A DNA stretch of 64,000 nucleotides, taken from assembly GCA_002269645.1 (NCBI GenBank), contig NIVC01000012.1, positions 558,001-622,000 on the forward strand, in the 5' to 3' direction. The notes below the pieces were generated by a model, which did no database searches, was not told the origin of the DNA, and saw nothing but the letters and a program-made list of their open reading frames with translations. The DNA comes from Macrostomum lignano (Eukaryota). Position numbers and translations under genes: made by a program. Below are positions 1 to 18,300 of this stretch, piece by piece. Every line of letters begins with the position of its first letter. Position 1 is the stretch's first letter.

Positions 1-213
1 CAGGAATTGCAGTTTCGGCGGTTTTAACGGATAATCGCTTGGAAACTGGATGCGCAGATCGAATTGACCGTTCTCGTACGGAGTACCGGCAGGTCCCACG
101 ATGACACCGCGCCACGTCAGCAGGTCCTCATCAATCGGCCCGGCTGAGACATATGGCAACGGGTCCGACTGCATCGTACGTAGCTCGCGAACAATTCGAT
201 TTCTTGCGGACAT
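1..213 (-). CDS. Ubiquitin-conjugating enzyme E2 (UBE2D/UBC4-like), 5' part; continues beyond the window start
   Basis: Manual translation from ATG at 213: MSARNRIVRELRTMQSDPLPYVSAGPIDEDLLTWRGVIVGPAGTPYENGQFDLRIQFPSDYPLKPPKLQFL, the typical UBC-fold N-terminus (W..vI.GP.gTPYE.G.F.L.I.FP.DYP.kPP). The catalytic Cys lies outside the window. Not in the supplied ORF track. Confidence 0.9.
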   Translation of the reverse strand, partial: MSARNRIVRELRTMQSDPLPYVSAGPIDEDLLTWRGVIVGPAGTPYENGQFDLRIQFPSDYPLKPPKLQFL

Positions 214-936
214 GCTGGCACAGTTGCAGATGAACTTGCTTGTTCCAATGCCAGTTAGTTGGTAGTTCGCTCTGAAACTAAGTTATGAGCATAATTCTGC
301 TATATTTATACCCTCACTAAATAAACCACCGCAAAATGTACACTAATCTAATGTGAAAGATCTACGTGCGTCTAAGCTAAAAACAGTTTAGCTTGTACGC
401 GTGGGTGCAATCTCTGACTGAAATTCTATTTTTAGAACTCTGATGACATTCAAAGTTCTGTCCGAGTAATCTAATTCTTGTGACGTCCTAGCTATTTTTA
501 AAACCTCAATTTTGCTACCTTTCATTCAGTGCGTGAGAAAAAACCTGATGTTATTCCGTCATAGCTAAATTAATTCGCATGCATGCAATCTTGTGACTTG
601 TTGATTGAAGAGAGCACAATAGAACGATATTATTGTATTTTTCCAATTTCGAATACAATTTTTGGGCCAGTTACTAGGCACGTTTTCTGTCATCACAACA
701 GGGAACTTTGGTTTAACTAAAGCCCCGCGTTTTTGAGGACTGAAATTTGAAAAACCGACAACTTTATCAGTATGTGGAAGCTGCAATTCTTCTGTCTAGC
801 TGAGTGTTGCATAGATGTAAAGTGATAAAAAATGACATTTCTCTGTCTTCACTTTATTGAAGAACACTGGTGCAGAATCACTACATGTATATCACAGAGT
901 TATGAGACTGAGAGGAACATTGAGTCATGGAGAAAC

Positions 937-1704
937 ATTGGGTCATGTGGGCTGAGGACCAGTGGATCATGGGGTTGAGTAAGAGTGGGTCATGGGGCTG
1001 AGTAAGAGTGGGTCATGGGGCTGAGTAAGAGTGGGTCATGGGGCTGAGGACCATTGGGTCATGGGGCTGAGTAAGAGTGTCATGGGGCTGAGGACCATTG
1101 GGTCATGGGGCTGAGTAAGAGTGGGTCATGGGGTTGAGGACCATTGGGTCATGGGGCTGAGTAAGAGTGGGTCATGGAGTTGAGTAAGAGTGGGTCATGG
1201 GGCTGAGGACCAATGGGTCATGGGGCTGAGTAAGAGTGGGTCATGGGGCTGAGTAAGAGTGGGTCATGGGGCTGAGTAAGAGTGGGTCATGGAGCTGAGT
1301 AAGAGTGGGTCATGGGGCTGAGTAAGAGTGGGTCATGGGGCTGAGTAAGAGTGGGTCATGGGGCTGAGTAAGAGTGGGTCATGGGGCTGAGTAAGAGTGG
1401 GTCATGGGGCTGAGTAAGAGTGGGTCATGGGGCTGAGTAAGAGTGGGTCATGGGGTTGAGGACCATTTGGTCATGGGGCTGAGTAAGAGTGGGTCATGGG
1501 GCTGAGTAAGAGTGGGTCATGGGGCTGAGGACCAATGGGTCATGGGGCTGAGTAAGAGTGGGTCATGGGGCTGAGTAAGAGTGGGTCATGGGGCTGAGGA
1601 CCATTGGGTCATGGGGCTGAGTGAGAGTGGGTCATGGGGCTGAGGAGTGAGGACCATTGGGCCATGGGGCTGAGTAAGAGTGGGTCATGGGGATGAGGAC
1701 CATT
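937..1704. repeat. 23-bp G-rich minisatellite GGGTCATGGGGCTGAG(TAAGAGT/GACCATT)
   Basis: About 33 tandem units visible. Confidence 0.95.
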
Positions 1705-2682
1705 GTAGAGATCTCCAGATAAGATACAAAGTAGACTACTATAAGTAGCAACATAAAGATGCGAAAAACTCGAATGTTACAAAAACTGCAAATTGTCATA
1801 CTCTATTTTTAAAGACCACAAAAACAACAAGTGACCATCTTTTGCAACATTTAAATTTAGAACTCCGAATATGGTATCGGCGCTCAAAGCTAATGTATTC
1901 CATAGGGGTCAAATTTCCAAAGCGCGAAACTGTCACCTACTAAAAATAATCTGTTTCTCAACAATTTTTCCTATAAATACAAGCCAAAATCTGAGCTAAA
2001 TATCTCAGACTCGGAGCAGCCTCTGAAGATCTTGAAGCTTGCTGGAGCAGCTAAGCGAGGCTATATCTCTGAGGAAATACCTACCGTTCGGTAAGCTCTG
2101 GTTAGAGCCTTTGTTATTGATTTTGAGAGCGATTTATTGCCGGCCGTTACTGTCCAGTCGATTTGACTGAGTTCATTGAATTTGAGGCCTCCCATTTTCC
2201 TAAGGGATTGGATAGGATCTGCGGACCGCGATTCCGATACCCTTACAGGATTATTGATTGATTGATTTTGGTTATCCTAGATTAACCGATAGGAGCACAC
2301 GACTCCGATTCCGTTAGATCTAGAAGAAGACGCCCTTCTTGGAGGTCCTCGTGAATTATTACAGAAAGTTGATTTTATCACAAGGGCGCATCGTTGATAT
2401 TGATTACTGAGCTTAAGGCCTATATTGATTTGCATTCGAGAAATACTGCGACGTCGCCTGATTGGATTGTCACGCTCTCATTCGGCCGATTCGAGACTTC
2501 AAGAAGATTCCTCCGGAGAAGAAGAAGAAGAAGAAGAAGAATTGAAGAAACGAGCTCGGAGAAACTGCACTACACGGAAGAGGAGCCCGCAACAGTAAGT
2601 GATCACTTTATTTTGTTCCCAGGCTTAAGTGTCTGGAAGTGGGAGTTTTCGGGAGACTGATCACCTCCCGAATCAACTCTTC

Positions 2683-3415
2683 ACCATCGGGTCATGGAGC
2701 TGAGGACCACAGAGTCACGGGGCTGAGGACCATCGGGTCATGGAGCTGAGGACCATTGTGTCATGGAGCTGAGGACCACAGAGTCACGGGGCTGAGGACC
2801 ATCGGGTCATGGAGCTGAGGACTACAGAGTCACGGGGCTGAGGACCATCGGGTCATGGAGCTGAGGACCACAGAGTCACGGGGCTGAGGACCATCGGGTC
2901 ATGGAGCTGAGGACCACAGAGTCACGGGGCTGAGGACCATCGGGTCATGGAGCCGAGGACCACAGAGTCACGGGGCTGAGGACCATCGGGTCATGGAGCT
3001 GAGGACCACAGAGTCACGGGGCTGAGGACCATCGGGTCATGGAGCCGAGGACCACAGAGTCACGGGGCTGAGGACCATCGGGTCATGGAGCCGAGGACCA
3101 CAGAGTCACGGGGCTGAGGACCATCGGGTCATGGAGCCGAGGACTACAGAGTCACGGGGCTGAGGACCATCGGGTCATGGAGCCGAGGACCACAGAGTCA
3201 CGGGGCTGAGGACCATCGGGTCATGGAGCTAAGGACCACAGAGTCACGGGGCTGAGGACCATCGGGTCATGGAGCTGAGGACCATTGGGTCATGGAGCTG
3301 AGGACCACAGAGTCACGGGGATGAGGACCATCGGGTCATGGAGCTGAGGACCATTGTGTCACGGGGCTGAGGACCATCGGGTCATGGAGCTGAGGACCAC
3401 AGAGTCACGGGGCTG
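2683..3415. repeat. 23-bp minisatellite arranged as a 46-bp dimer, related to the 937-1704 array
   Basis: CCATCGGGTCATGGAGCTGAGGA alternates with CCACAGAGTCACGGGGCTGAGGA. Confidence 0.95.
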
Positions 3416-6114
3416 TAAGTTTAGACAATGCAATTTTAAATTAGTAGCTTGTAAATTAAAAAATCTGTGTACATTTTATAAATACATCTGCATGCATTTT
3501 ATTCTTAGATATTTTTATCCGACTAAGATGCACTTGGGCTTTGCTTTGCAGGGAATCCCCAGATTTATAAATAACTTGTGTACTAATGTATATAAAGCAA
3601 AAGCTTTATTGCTCAGCTCAATTTTGTCTATAAATTTTCAAGCCTCAATCTGCATACAGTATAAGATGAACATGCAAGTCTAAACGGCCAGGGACGCCAG
3701 TTAAGCAGAGTTGCTTGTGGTTAGTTATGCGTCCGCCCCTCAAACGCAGCCACGCGGTGAATTAAGGGGTCGATTTCACAAATCTTCAAAAGTTCTACCT
3801 GATGTCACACTGACACATTAAAAAACCAAATAACAAAGAAACCATTTAGGTCACCTTTGATAATTAATATAAGCGACAATTTCTTGGCAAACACAGAAAT
3901 TCTGCACAAACTATGTAATATTATAATTATAACGATTAATAATACAATTCCGTAATATTAAATTAACAATATACGTGATTGACGGACTTTTCTTTTGTCA
4001 AAATAATAAAATAAACCATAAAGTACTGCTGTATTAAGCGCAGTAGAAACAGGACAGACACATACAGGATATGCTAAAAAGTTGAGACATTCAAATATTT
4101 GATTCTATAAACTTGTTATAAACAATCAGTTCTTTTACACTGAAACATTGGTAATTAAACAACAAAAATGGCATATTTTATGTAATAAATAGAACAATTT
4201 TTGTCATTCGGCAAGTTTGATATGGATTCGTATTGGGGATTTTGAGGGAGTTTTTTCTTAATTCAATTCCAAGAAAAAAGCAGATTTTAGTGAAAGAGCT
4301 CAAATAATAATTATGCGACCCTTGCAAATGACATTATAATAATTATAACAATAAAAGCGTATATTTTTACTTGCAGTAGCTTTTAACGAACTTGGAACAA
4401 AAATTACAATCACAAAACATAATAGATCGTATTAAAGCATTGTAAATTGGAACTTTTCTGAGAATTTTTGTGTACATCGAAAAATATCGACATCGACTGT
4501 CTCTTGATGTACTTATTGATATTTTAGACTATCACCAGGCGAAAAGATATATTCGCAACTTGATGACTGACAAAAATGAGTAAAACGCTAAAATATTTAT
4601 TAGGTCTGTTTAATAATGCTTGTGCCTTTGTTTATTTAAGTAGAAGGATAATATTGGAGCTCGAGACGTGCAATTTGTTTGCGTTACTCCTTTAATCATT
4701 GCGTGCTTTTTTAAAAAGAAACAGTAGAAGAAAACTGAGATCAGTTTATTCAAATCAATATAAATTCAATAATACAACAAATCACAGCAAATCTGTACGC
4801 GAACTGTTGCACAATTATGTGTTTTGATTATAACAAAAAAGATCTAGTATACTGGGGTACATACTACAGTAGTATAGGCCTAACATAAGCTGAGGGTGCT
4901 ATTTCTAGAATTGCATGCATGCAGGAAGAGGCGAAGCGCAAATACTATGTTTTTAAGAACGCATTTGAAAGCAGACATGCGGCTTGCTCAACGGCACGGG
5001 AAGTGGTTATTCATTAAAAAAATAAGTCAAACTGATTGACATTTGATAAGGAGACAAAAGCTTTGCAGGAAATGTACAAATACAATGACTCCAGTCTAAG
5101 AGGACGAGGAGTCTATTTATAAGCGATACATACGACACAAGCACATTAATTTATGCAAGATGAAACAAAAAACGATTATTGCAAAATTTATTAGCAGCTT
5201 TAGATAGACCACAACCCCAGCCGTAAACTAGTAGCATAAATTTAGTTAATTATTTAGTATATTTGGATTTTTAGATCGTAGAAGAAAGCGCGCTGGACTT
5301 AAATAAGGAAGTCATCAACATCTATCAGAAGACTAAAGATTGGGGGCAAACGTAGACAAAAAGTAAATAGCTCCAGTCACAACCCTGGAGGCGAAGGGAG
5401 GTTAGCCTGATAGGGCCAATCAGTGGAAGCTAGCCTACTAACTAGACGTACATTTTCTAGCAATGTACACATAGACCCCCTGTGGGGCAGTTAAAATTGT
5501 TCCACTCTAATTTTTAGCATCGATCGCGAGTGGGCCAATTAGTGTGGGTTGGGGGGGGGGTAAGAAGTTATCAGGAGAGGACTCGCAAAAACCCCGGCTT
5601 CCTGTTCATTGGCTGCTATTTTTAGCTCACTTGCCCATACCGACCGGTATAATATTATATTGCCTGGAGGTTAGAAAACTATTATCATCCTTGGCTCGGA
5701 CAGCGGAGGCGATGTACATTCAGACGGATGTACATTAAATAGATCCCGTGAATCAACTATATTGAAAAAAATCTGGGGGAAGGGAAGGCAGAAAAAAAAG
5801 TTCTGATTAAGATAAGAAGACCAGAGAGAGAGCTAAGGGCACATTTAACCGTTAAACGGCTGGGCTATAATACGAGTATCTTTTTTCCATCTTTATTATT
5901 TATTAAGATAAGATATATCTTTATTATTTCCATCTATCGTAGTATCTTTATTATTTTTATTCTTATTTTCTATGAAAACAGCGCCTGCGATAAACAGCCA
6001 TTTTGGCAATTAAATGAAAGGCAATTTACAATGTTACAAACGCACTAAATAACACAAAGCTCAAGTTTATGCAGTTTTTAATTACGATAAGCCCCTAATT
6101 TAGTTTCGCACTGT

Positions 6115-10691
<4,577 letters not shown>

Positions 10692-10919
10692 GATGAAGAG
10701 CTTCAAAATAACCAAAGCTGCTTGTTGGGCTCCGTTGCTTTTTTCTAGCGCCCCGCAAGGCCCCCCAAAAAGGGCTTGGCCTAATAGGAGCTGCTGCTAT
10801 TAGCCTGAAATTTCAAGATGTGACACAACTGATTTTAGAACAGTAGTTAAGGACTAGGACTGTCATCTATGCAACAGGTACTTGCATCCACACTTTCTCT
10901 GCTCGAATGCTCTTTCGTG

Positions 10920-11148
10920 AACCTGCCTCTGCCTCTCTGCCCCCTTGAATCTGCCTCTCTGTCCCCCTTGAATCCGCCTCTCTGTCCCCCTTGAATCCGC
11001 CTCTCTGTCCCCCTTGAATCCGCCTCTCTGTCCCCCTTGAATCCGCCTCTCTGTCCCCCTTGAATCCGCCTCTCTGTCCCCCTTGAATCTGCCTCTTTGC
11101 CCTCCTTGAATCTGCCTCTCTGCCCCCCTTGAATCTGCCTGTCAGCCC
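10920..11148. repeat. 23-bp pyrimidine-rich minisatellite upstream of PI4KB
   Basis: Unit CCCCCTTGAATCCGCCTCTCTGT. Confidence 0.92.
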
Positions 11149-11711
11149 TGAATTAACAGAAAGAACCAGGAGTGCAAATCAAGCTCTTGCCAAACCGGAA
11201 ATACTAAATCACGTTTTTATTCAAAAATTTTCATTTTAAAAAATTGCTCAAAAAATTACTGACTCGATTATTATGCCAAAGAATAAAAATATGGAAGCTA
11301 TGATAGGTAATATCTTTTACCAAATTTTTTTTAATGATTATGAAGTAGAACACAATAAAAATTAGTGCCACAAAAACTTAAAAAATAAAAATTCGAATGT
11401 AACAACAGACATCACAGAAATTGTTTGATCAAAAAAGTAAAAATCAAATCAAATAACAAGACTGACCAATGCAATGAATTGCATAGCATTAAAATCACTT
11501 ATTGGCACGGACACTAGAAATAGCTTTAGCACCTTGTCGGCTCATGGCAAAAAGAAATAAATCAAGCAATAAAGTCTGTAGCAAAATCACTCAAAAAAAC
11601 AACGATTTCGTATGCCGATCAGTGGTGCCTGTCACGAAAAAAGAAAATTCCATAGATGGGGGCTTCGGAGCGAGTGTGAACTGGAAGGCAGGGTTAGTGT
11701 TAGTGTTAGTG

Positions 11712-12168
11712 AAACGTGTGTACATTAGGGGTAAGGGGATGAGGGCTAGTCCTGAGCGAGAGTACATTAGGGGTAAGGGAGTGAGGGCTGGTCTTAAGCG
11801 AGTGTACATTAGGGGTAAGGGGGTGAGGGCTGGTCCTGAGCGAGAGTACATTAGGGGTAAGGGAGTGAGGGCTGGTCCTAAGCGAGTGTACATTAGGGGT
11901 AGGGGGATAAGGGCTGGTCCTGGGACAGTGTACATTAGGGGTAGGGTTGAGGGCTGGTCCTGAAAGAGTGTACATTAGGGGTAGGGGGTGAGGGCTGGTC
12001 CTAAGCGAGTGTAAATTAGGGGTAAAGGGGGTGAGGGCTAGTCCTAAGCGAGTGTAAATTAGGGGTAAGGGGGTGAGGGCTAGTCCTAAGCGAGTGTAAA
12101 TTAGGGGTAAAGGGTGTGAGGGCTAGTCCTAAGCGAGTGTAAATAAGGGGTAAGGGGGTGAGGGCTGG
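11712..12168. repeat. 42-bp G-rich minisatellite between SEC31 and PI4KB
   Basis: Unit approximately CGAGTGTACATTAGGGGTAAGGGGGTGAGGGCTGGTCCTAAG. Confidence 0.93.
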
Positions 12169-12398
12169 TTCAGATCGAATGCACCTTACATAGGGGTGAA
12201 AAAGTACAATCTTCGGGAGTGCCTTTATCAATACAAAAATGTCGCTGAAGGCCTCATTCAATCTTTGGCAATTGTATTGCAAAAAATGTTTTATCCTGAG
12301 CAGATGAAACAAAACTGATCAAATATAAAAACTTCCGATACAAAAAAATCGAGATGCACGTTCCGTGACAATCCATAAAATCAAATGAAGTCATGAAA

Positions 12399-15300
12399 TC
12401 ACACTTGACGCATGTCAATGGCAGTCTGAATTAGCAATTTGAAACTGGGCATAAAGCTTCGCATCTCAACGAAGCTGCCGCACTGCACGGCAGAGTTTAG
12501 ACAGGCTAGCGCGTCTGGCAGATTGTCGCGTTCCAGATTGGTGAGAATCGAACCCAGGCCGTCTAGCACCGGCTTCGAGACCTGCAGAGGTCATCAATTA
12601 AGTGTGACTAGGGGAGTGGCACTGACAGTGACAGTGACACTGACAGTGACTTAGTGGGGGGAGTGACAGTGACTGAGTAGGGTTGTAGTAGTGCCTGAGT
12701 AGGGAGAGTGACAGCGATTAAGTGGGTGGTGACAATGACTGAGTAAGGGGGAGTGACAGTGACTGAGTGGGGATTGACAGTGATGAGAATGCGGAGTGAC
12801 AGTGACTGAGGGGGAGTGACAGTGACTGAGTGGGGGAGTGACAGTGACTGAGTGGGGATTGACAGTGATGAGAATGGGGAGTGACAGTGACTGAGGGGGA
12901 GTGACAGTGACTGAGTAGGGGGAGTGACAATGACTGAGTGGGGGGGTGACAATGACTGAGTGGGGGGAGTGACAATGACTGAGTGGGGATCGACAGTGAT
13001 GAGAATGGGGAGTGGCAGTTACTGGGTAGGGGGAAAGACAGTGACTGAGTGGGGGAGTGACAGTGACTGAGTGGGGGAGTGACAGTGACTGAGTGGGAGA
13101 GTGACAGTGACTGAGTGGGGAGTGAAAGTGACTGAGTGGGGGAGTGACAGTGACTGAGTGGGGGAGTGACAGTGACTGAGTGGGGAGTGAAAGTGACTGA
13201 GTGGGGGAGTGACAGTGACTGAGTGGGGAGTGACAGTGACTGAGTGGGGAGTGACAGTGACTGAGTGGGGGAGTGACAGTGACTGAGGGGGGTGACAGTG
13301 ACTGAGTGGGGAGTGACAGAGTAGGAGGGAAGTGACTGAGTGACTCACTGACAGTGTAACCGTGAATAATGCCAGTGACAGGTGGTACGCCAAAACTCAC
13401 GTCACCATTGGCCAGCAACTTGGCCAGCGCCGTCGCTCGCTTCTCGGCGTCGTTCATCTTGACAATCATGTGACGCCATTTAACAGCACTGCCGCCCGGA
13501 GGAGTCATACGAAGCAGATTTTCGGCTCGATTGCGACAATCTCTAGACAGGTTAATTAGCGCAGCAGGGAGCCTAAAAGACAGCTCATTGGCTACAGGAC
13601 CTGTAGTATTCGCAGGTTTATTTGACGATTCTAACGGCTTAGAAGAAACCTGCTTAGCACTTGATGATGAGGCTGGTGGGGGAGTCTGTGCGGCAACGGC
13701 GGCGGACCAGGCAGTCGGATTGTAGAACTGGGATTGAACCTGGTCTCTGCCGCCGGCGCTGGCGGCGTCTGCAGACTGGGTTGGGGGGGGAATTCTTATG
13801 TAGCTACTGGCCGCTGCAGCGAGGGTATTTATAAAAGGGTATTTCTGCAAAGTGTAAGGGTAATTCTCAGGAGTTTCCCTCTCCGTAGGTGTATTCCGCT
13901 TGAGACGATGAGAGGTATTCCAGCTGATTAGGGGGTATTCCAGCTGATTAGGAGGTATTCCAGCTGATTAGGGGGTATTCCAGCTGATTAGGGGGTATTC
14001 CAGCTGATTAGGGGTATTCCAGCTGATTAGGGGGTATTCCAAATGACGAGGGGGTATTCCAGCTGATTAGGGGTATTCCAACTGATTAGGGGGTATTCCA
14101 GCTGATTAGGGGGTATTCCAGCTGATTAGGGGGTATTCCAAATGACGAGGGGGGTATTACAGCCGATGAGAGGATATTCCAGCTGAGACAAGTGGAGAAT
14201 CTCTTATCCTATTAATACATCAAATAATAAAAGTTTAAAGTTAAGTTAATAAACTTACAATTAATCCAAGTTTTTCACGAAATAGTGACATGCTTTCTGT
14301 CGACAATGTCGTCTGAGAATTTGTCGGCGGCGGCTTAGGAGGCAGAGCCTGAGTCGCAGCAGTTGGCAGGTGAACCAGCGGATTATAGCACTGCGCACCA
14401 GGCGATAAACTACTCATGTGAGTAGTACGATACGCTAATGAAAAATTTGCGGGCAAAAATTGTTGTTGAGACGTGTCGAAACTTTCGGCAGTGATCAGTT
14501 GAGTCGGCGAAGCGGCGAGGCTCGCTGTCGATATGGCCAGCGGGAGTTCGCTGGGTGCGGCTGACTTTAGAAATGGGAAAGAGAAATAGCTTCTCAGAGA
14601 CTTCTGTGGCGATGCAGGCTCTGAGTATGTGGCTACAGTGTGCTGCAGTGGTTGACTCGGTGGTAGTGCATAGCCAGAACCTGGTTGACTCGGCGGTGGT
14701 GGTGCATAGCCAGAACCTGGTTGACTCGGCTGCTGCGATGGTGGTGCATAGCCAGAACCTGGTTGATTCGGTGGTGGTGCATAGCCAGAACCTGGTTGAC
14801 TCGGCGGTGGTGGTGCATAGCCAGAACCTGGTTGATTCGGTGGTGGTGCATAGCCAGAACCTGGTTGACTCGGCGGTGGTGGTGCATAGCCAGAACCTGG
14901 TTGACTCGGCGGTGGTGGTGCATAGCCAGAACCTGGTTGACTTGGCGGTGGTGGTGCATAGCCAGAACCTGGTTGACTCGGCTGCTGCGATGGTGGTGCA
15001 TAGCCAGAACCTGGTTGATTCGGTGGTGGTGCATAGCCAGAACCTGGTTGACTCGGCGGTGGTGGTGCATAGCCAGAACCTGGTTGACTTGGCGGTGGTG
15101 GTGCATAGCCAGAACCTGGTTGACTCGGCTGCTGCGATGGTGGTGCATAGCCAGAACCTGGTTGACTCGGCTGCTGCGATGGTGGTGCATAGCCAGAACC
15201 TGGTTGACTCGGCTGCTGCGATGGTGGTGCATAGCCAGAACCTGGTTGACTTGGCGGTGGTGGTGCATAGCCAGAACCTGGTTGACTCGGCGGTGGTGGT

Positions 15301-18300
15301 GCATAGCCAGAACCTGGTTGACTTGGCGGTGGTGGTGCATAGCCAGAACCTGGTTGACTCGGCTGCTGCGATGGTGGTGCATAGCCAGAACCTGGTTGAC
15401 TCGGCTGCTGCGATGGTGGTGCATAGCCAGAACCTGGTTGACCTGGCGGTGGTGGTGCATAGCCAGAACCTGGTTGACTTGGCGGTGGTGGTGCATAGCC
15501 AGAACCTGGTTGACTCGGCGGTGGTGGTGCATAGCCAGAACCTGGTTGACTCGGCGGTGGTGGTGCATAGCCAGAACCTGGTTGACTTGGCGGTGGTGGC
15601 GCATAGCCAGAACCTGGTTGACTCGGCTGCTGCGATGGTGGTGCATAGCCAGAACCTGGTTGACCTGGCGGTGGTGGTGCATAGCCAGAACCTGGTTGAC
15701 TTGGCGGTGGTGGTGCATAGCCAGAACCTGGTTGACTCGGCGGTGGTGGTGCATAGCCAGAACCTGGTTGACTCGGCGGTGGTGGTGCATAGCCAGAACC
15801 TGGTTGACTCGGCTGCTGCGATGGTGGTGCATAGCCAGAACCTGGTTGACTCGGCTGCTGCGATAGTGGTGCATAGCCAGAACCTGGTTGACTTGGCGGT
15901 GGTGGTGCATAGCCAGAACCTGGTTGACTTGGCGGTGGTGGTGCATAGCCAGAACCTGGTTGACTTGGCGGTGGTGGTGCATAGCCAGAACCTGGTTGAC
16001 TTGGCGGTGGTGGTGCATAGCCAGAACCTGGTTGACTTGGCGGTGGTGGTGCATAGCCAGAACCTGGTTGACTTGGCGGTGGTGGTGCATAGCCAGAACC
16101 TGGTTGACTTGGCGGTGGTGGTGCATAGCCAGAACCTGGTTGACTTGGCGGTGGTGGTGCATAGCCAGAACCTGGTTGACTTGGCGGTGGTGGTGCATAG
16201 CCAGAACCAGGTTGAGCCACTAATCTAGCTACATTAATTGCTGCTCTCTCAGCAAATGGATCCTTTAAGATGCTCGGTATTGTGGTACCGGGAGTGGCCA
16301 CAACTTGCCAAAGCCGATAAGCAAACTCGTGCAACTTAACATCGGCCTCAGTAACTGAGTATGATTGCTGAGTCAACCTGTCCTCCAACTGTCTAAGGCA
16401 ACAGTTCAAGGCAGCGGACAGTTCACCCAGACCCGTCAGAGACCAAGCGTACCGTTCCACAAAGGCGTCACTAATGGCAACACTACTAGCAGTAGCATTG
16501 TTAGACCCAACAGCGCGTCGAAGAATCTCACCAGCTTGCAAAGCTAATTGAATGCCAATTAATGATGAATAGGTACTATCATTGCCTACTAACAGTAGTA
16601 GACTGTGAACCAGTCGACGCCAAGAACCCGAACAAGCGTAGCAAACAGCCGCAGACCAAATAGATGCGGAATTTCTCTGCTGCTTACTATTCTCATCATC
16701 AATCAGGCTATGACCAATAGAGTCAATTAGTGCGGCCGATTCATCATTGTTAACTACAAAGCTCAACACAACTGCCAGTCTTTGTTTCCAATCGATGCCA
16801 GCATTGCGAACATAATCGACAATATTGCCGCTAACAACTGTTCCAACTAAACTACTAATACTATCGTAGTTATTTAGGGTAGATAAGACGCGAGTTCGAG
16901 TCCTGCTGAACAGCTGACTCTGCTTAGCAACTCCATCGCTGATTGAAGCTAAGAGCAACGCTTCGCAATATCTTTTATTGGCTACGCACAGGTCAACGCT
17001 GAGCTGTACTCTACCGGAGACCAGTGCTCTAACTATGAGATCATCAGTCTCATTGCCATCCAGCTGGCACTCATCGTCATCTTCTCCGTAGCCAAGCAGG
17101 CGAATAAAATCGGAACGCGGATTAGTACTAAAATTGGCTTCCAATAGTCGCCACAGTAAGTTCTCAGAATTGGAATTGGAAGCGTTGCAATCCGATTGGC
17201 GTGGACTAGACTCGATTGAGCGCAACCTGTCAATCAATTATTAATTATATAATGATTTATGGCCATAGCGATTATAATGACAACCGCTCGATGACTAGGG
17301 TAAACGGACGAAGTATACGAGCTAACTATCAACGTATTCTATTACACAAATACCTCGTCATCTAATCAGTAGTGAAAATTTGCCGTAGAGCCTCACAGTA
17401 CGGGTAAACGGCGGGAGTAACTATATAAAAACATCGTCATCTAATTAGTAGTAAAACGTTGGTCTGGCGATTTAAAGTACAGGTAAACGGCGGGAGTAAC
17501 TATCAACGTATTTTACTGCATAAATGCCTCGTCAGCTAATTAGTAGTCAGTTAACCCAACCGGTTAGAACATTAGAGTTAAACCTCACCCGCAATACGAC
17601 CCCAACTCGTCGCCGGCATTAGCTAGCGCCGATTCGAATTCGGCGGCTCGACGCGCAATCAACGAATCAACGGGGCCAATGGTTTCCGCGTTTAAAACTC
17701 CGATAGTCACGTGACCAGGCTGGCCGCCGAACGAAACTAACCGTCCGCCAAAGCCGAAACTAGCACCGCAACGAGCAGATGTTAGCAACCAACTGAAAGG
17801 CCTAGCAGGATTATATTGCACTCGAATACAGCCAAGAGGCTGGCGAACCTTGGCAAAGGGATCTTCGGCTGCAGACGGAGTCCTCAAGCGCTTTAACTGA
17901 CCTTCATTTATACCGTCGTAGTCTTTATCATCGAGATCAACAATGCCGAAACCGCCTCCGAGAATATTGTAGATGCCAAACTGGAAAGGCAACATAAACT
18001 ATGTTGTAAAAGACATGGTCCGTGGAGCAGCCATGTCTATGGCTCAAAGGGGTCTGTGGAGCAGCCATGTCTATGGCCCAAAGGATCTGTGGAGTAGCCA
18101 TGTCTATGGCTCAAAGGGGTCTGTGGAGCAGCCATGTCTATGGCCCAAAGGGGTCCGTGGAGCAGCCATGTCTATGGCCCAAAGGATCTGTGGAGTAGCC
18201 ATGTCTATGGCCCAAAGGGGTCCGTGGAGCAGCCATGTCTATGGCTCAAAAAGGTCTGTGGAGCAACCATGTCTATGGCCCAAAGGGGTCCGTGGAGCAG

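Noticed and set aside
214-940. Spliced-leader RNA gene or defined promoter elements
   Set aside because: No SL, snRNA or tRNA sequence recognised anywhere in the window. A TTTCAG acceptor at 272-277 (- strand) is suggestive but insufficient alone.
14555-16228. Long + strand and alternative-frame ORFs over the SEC31 repeat
   Set aside because: Shadows of the in-frame coding minisatellite.
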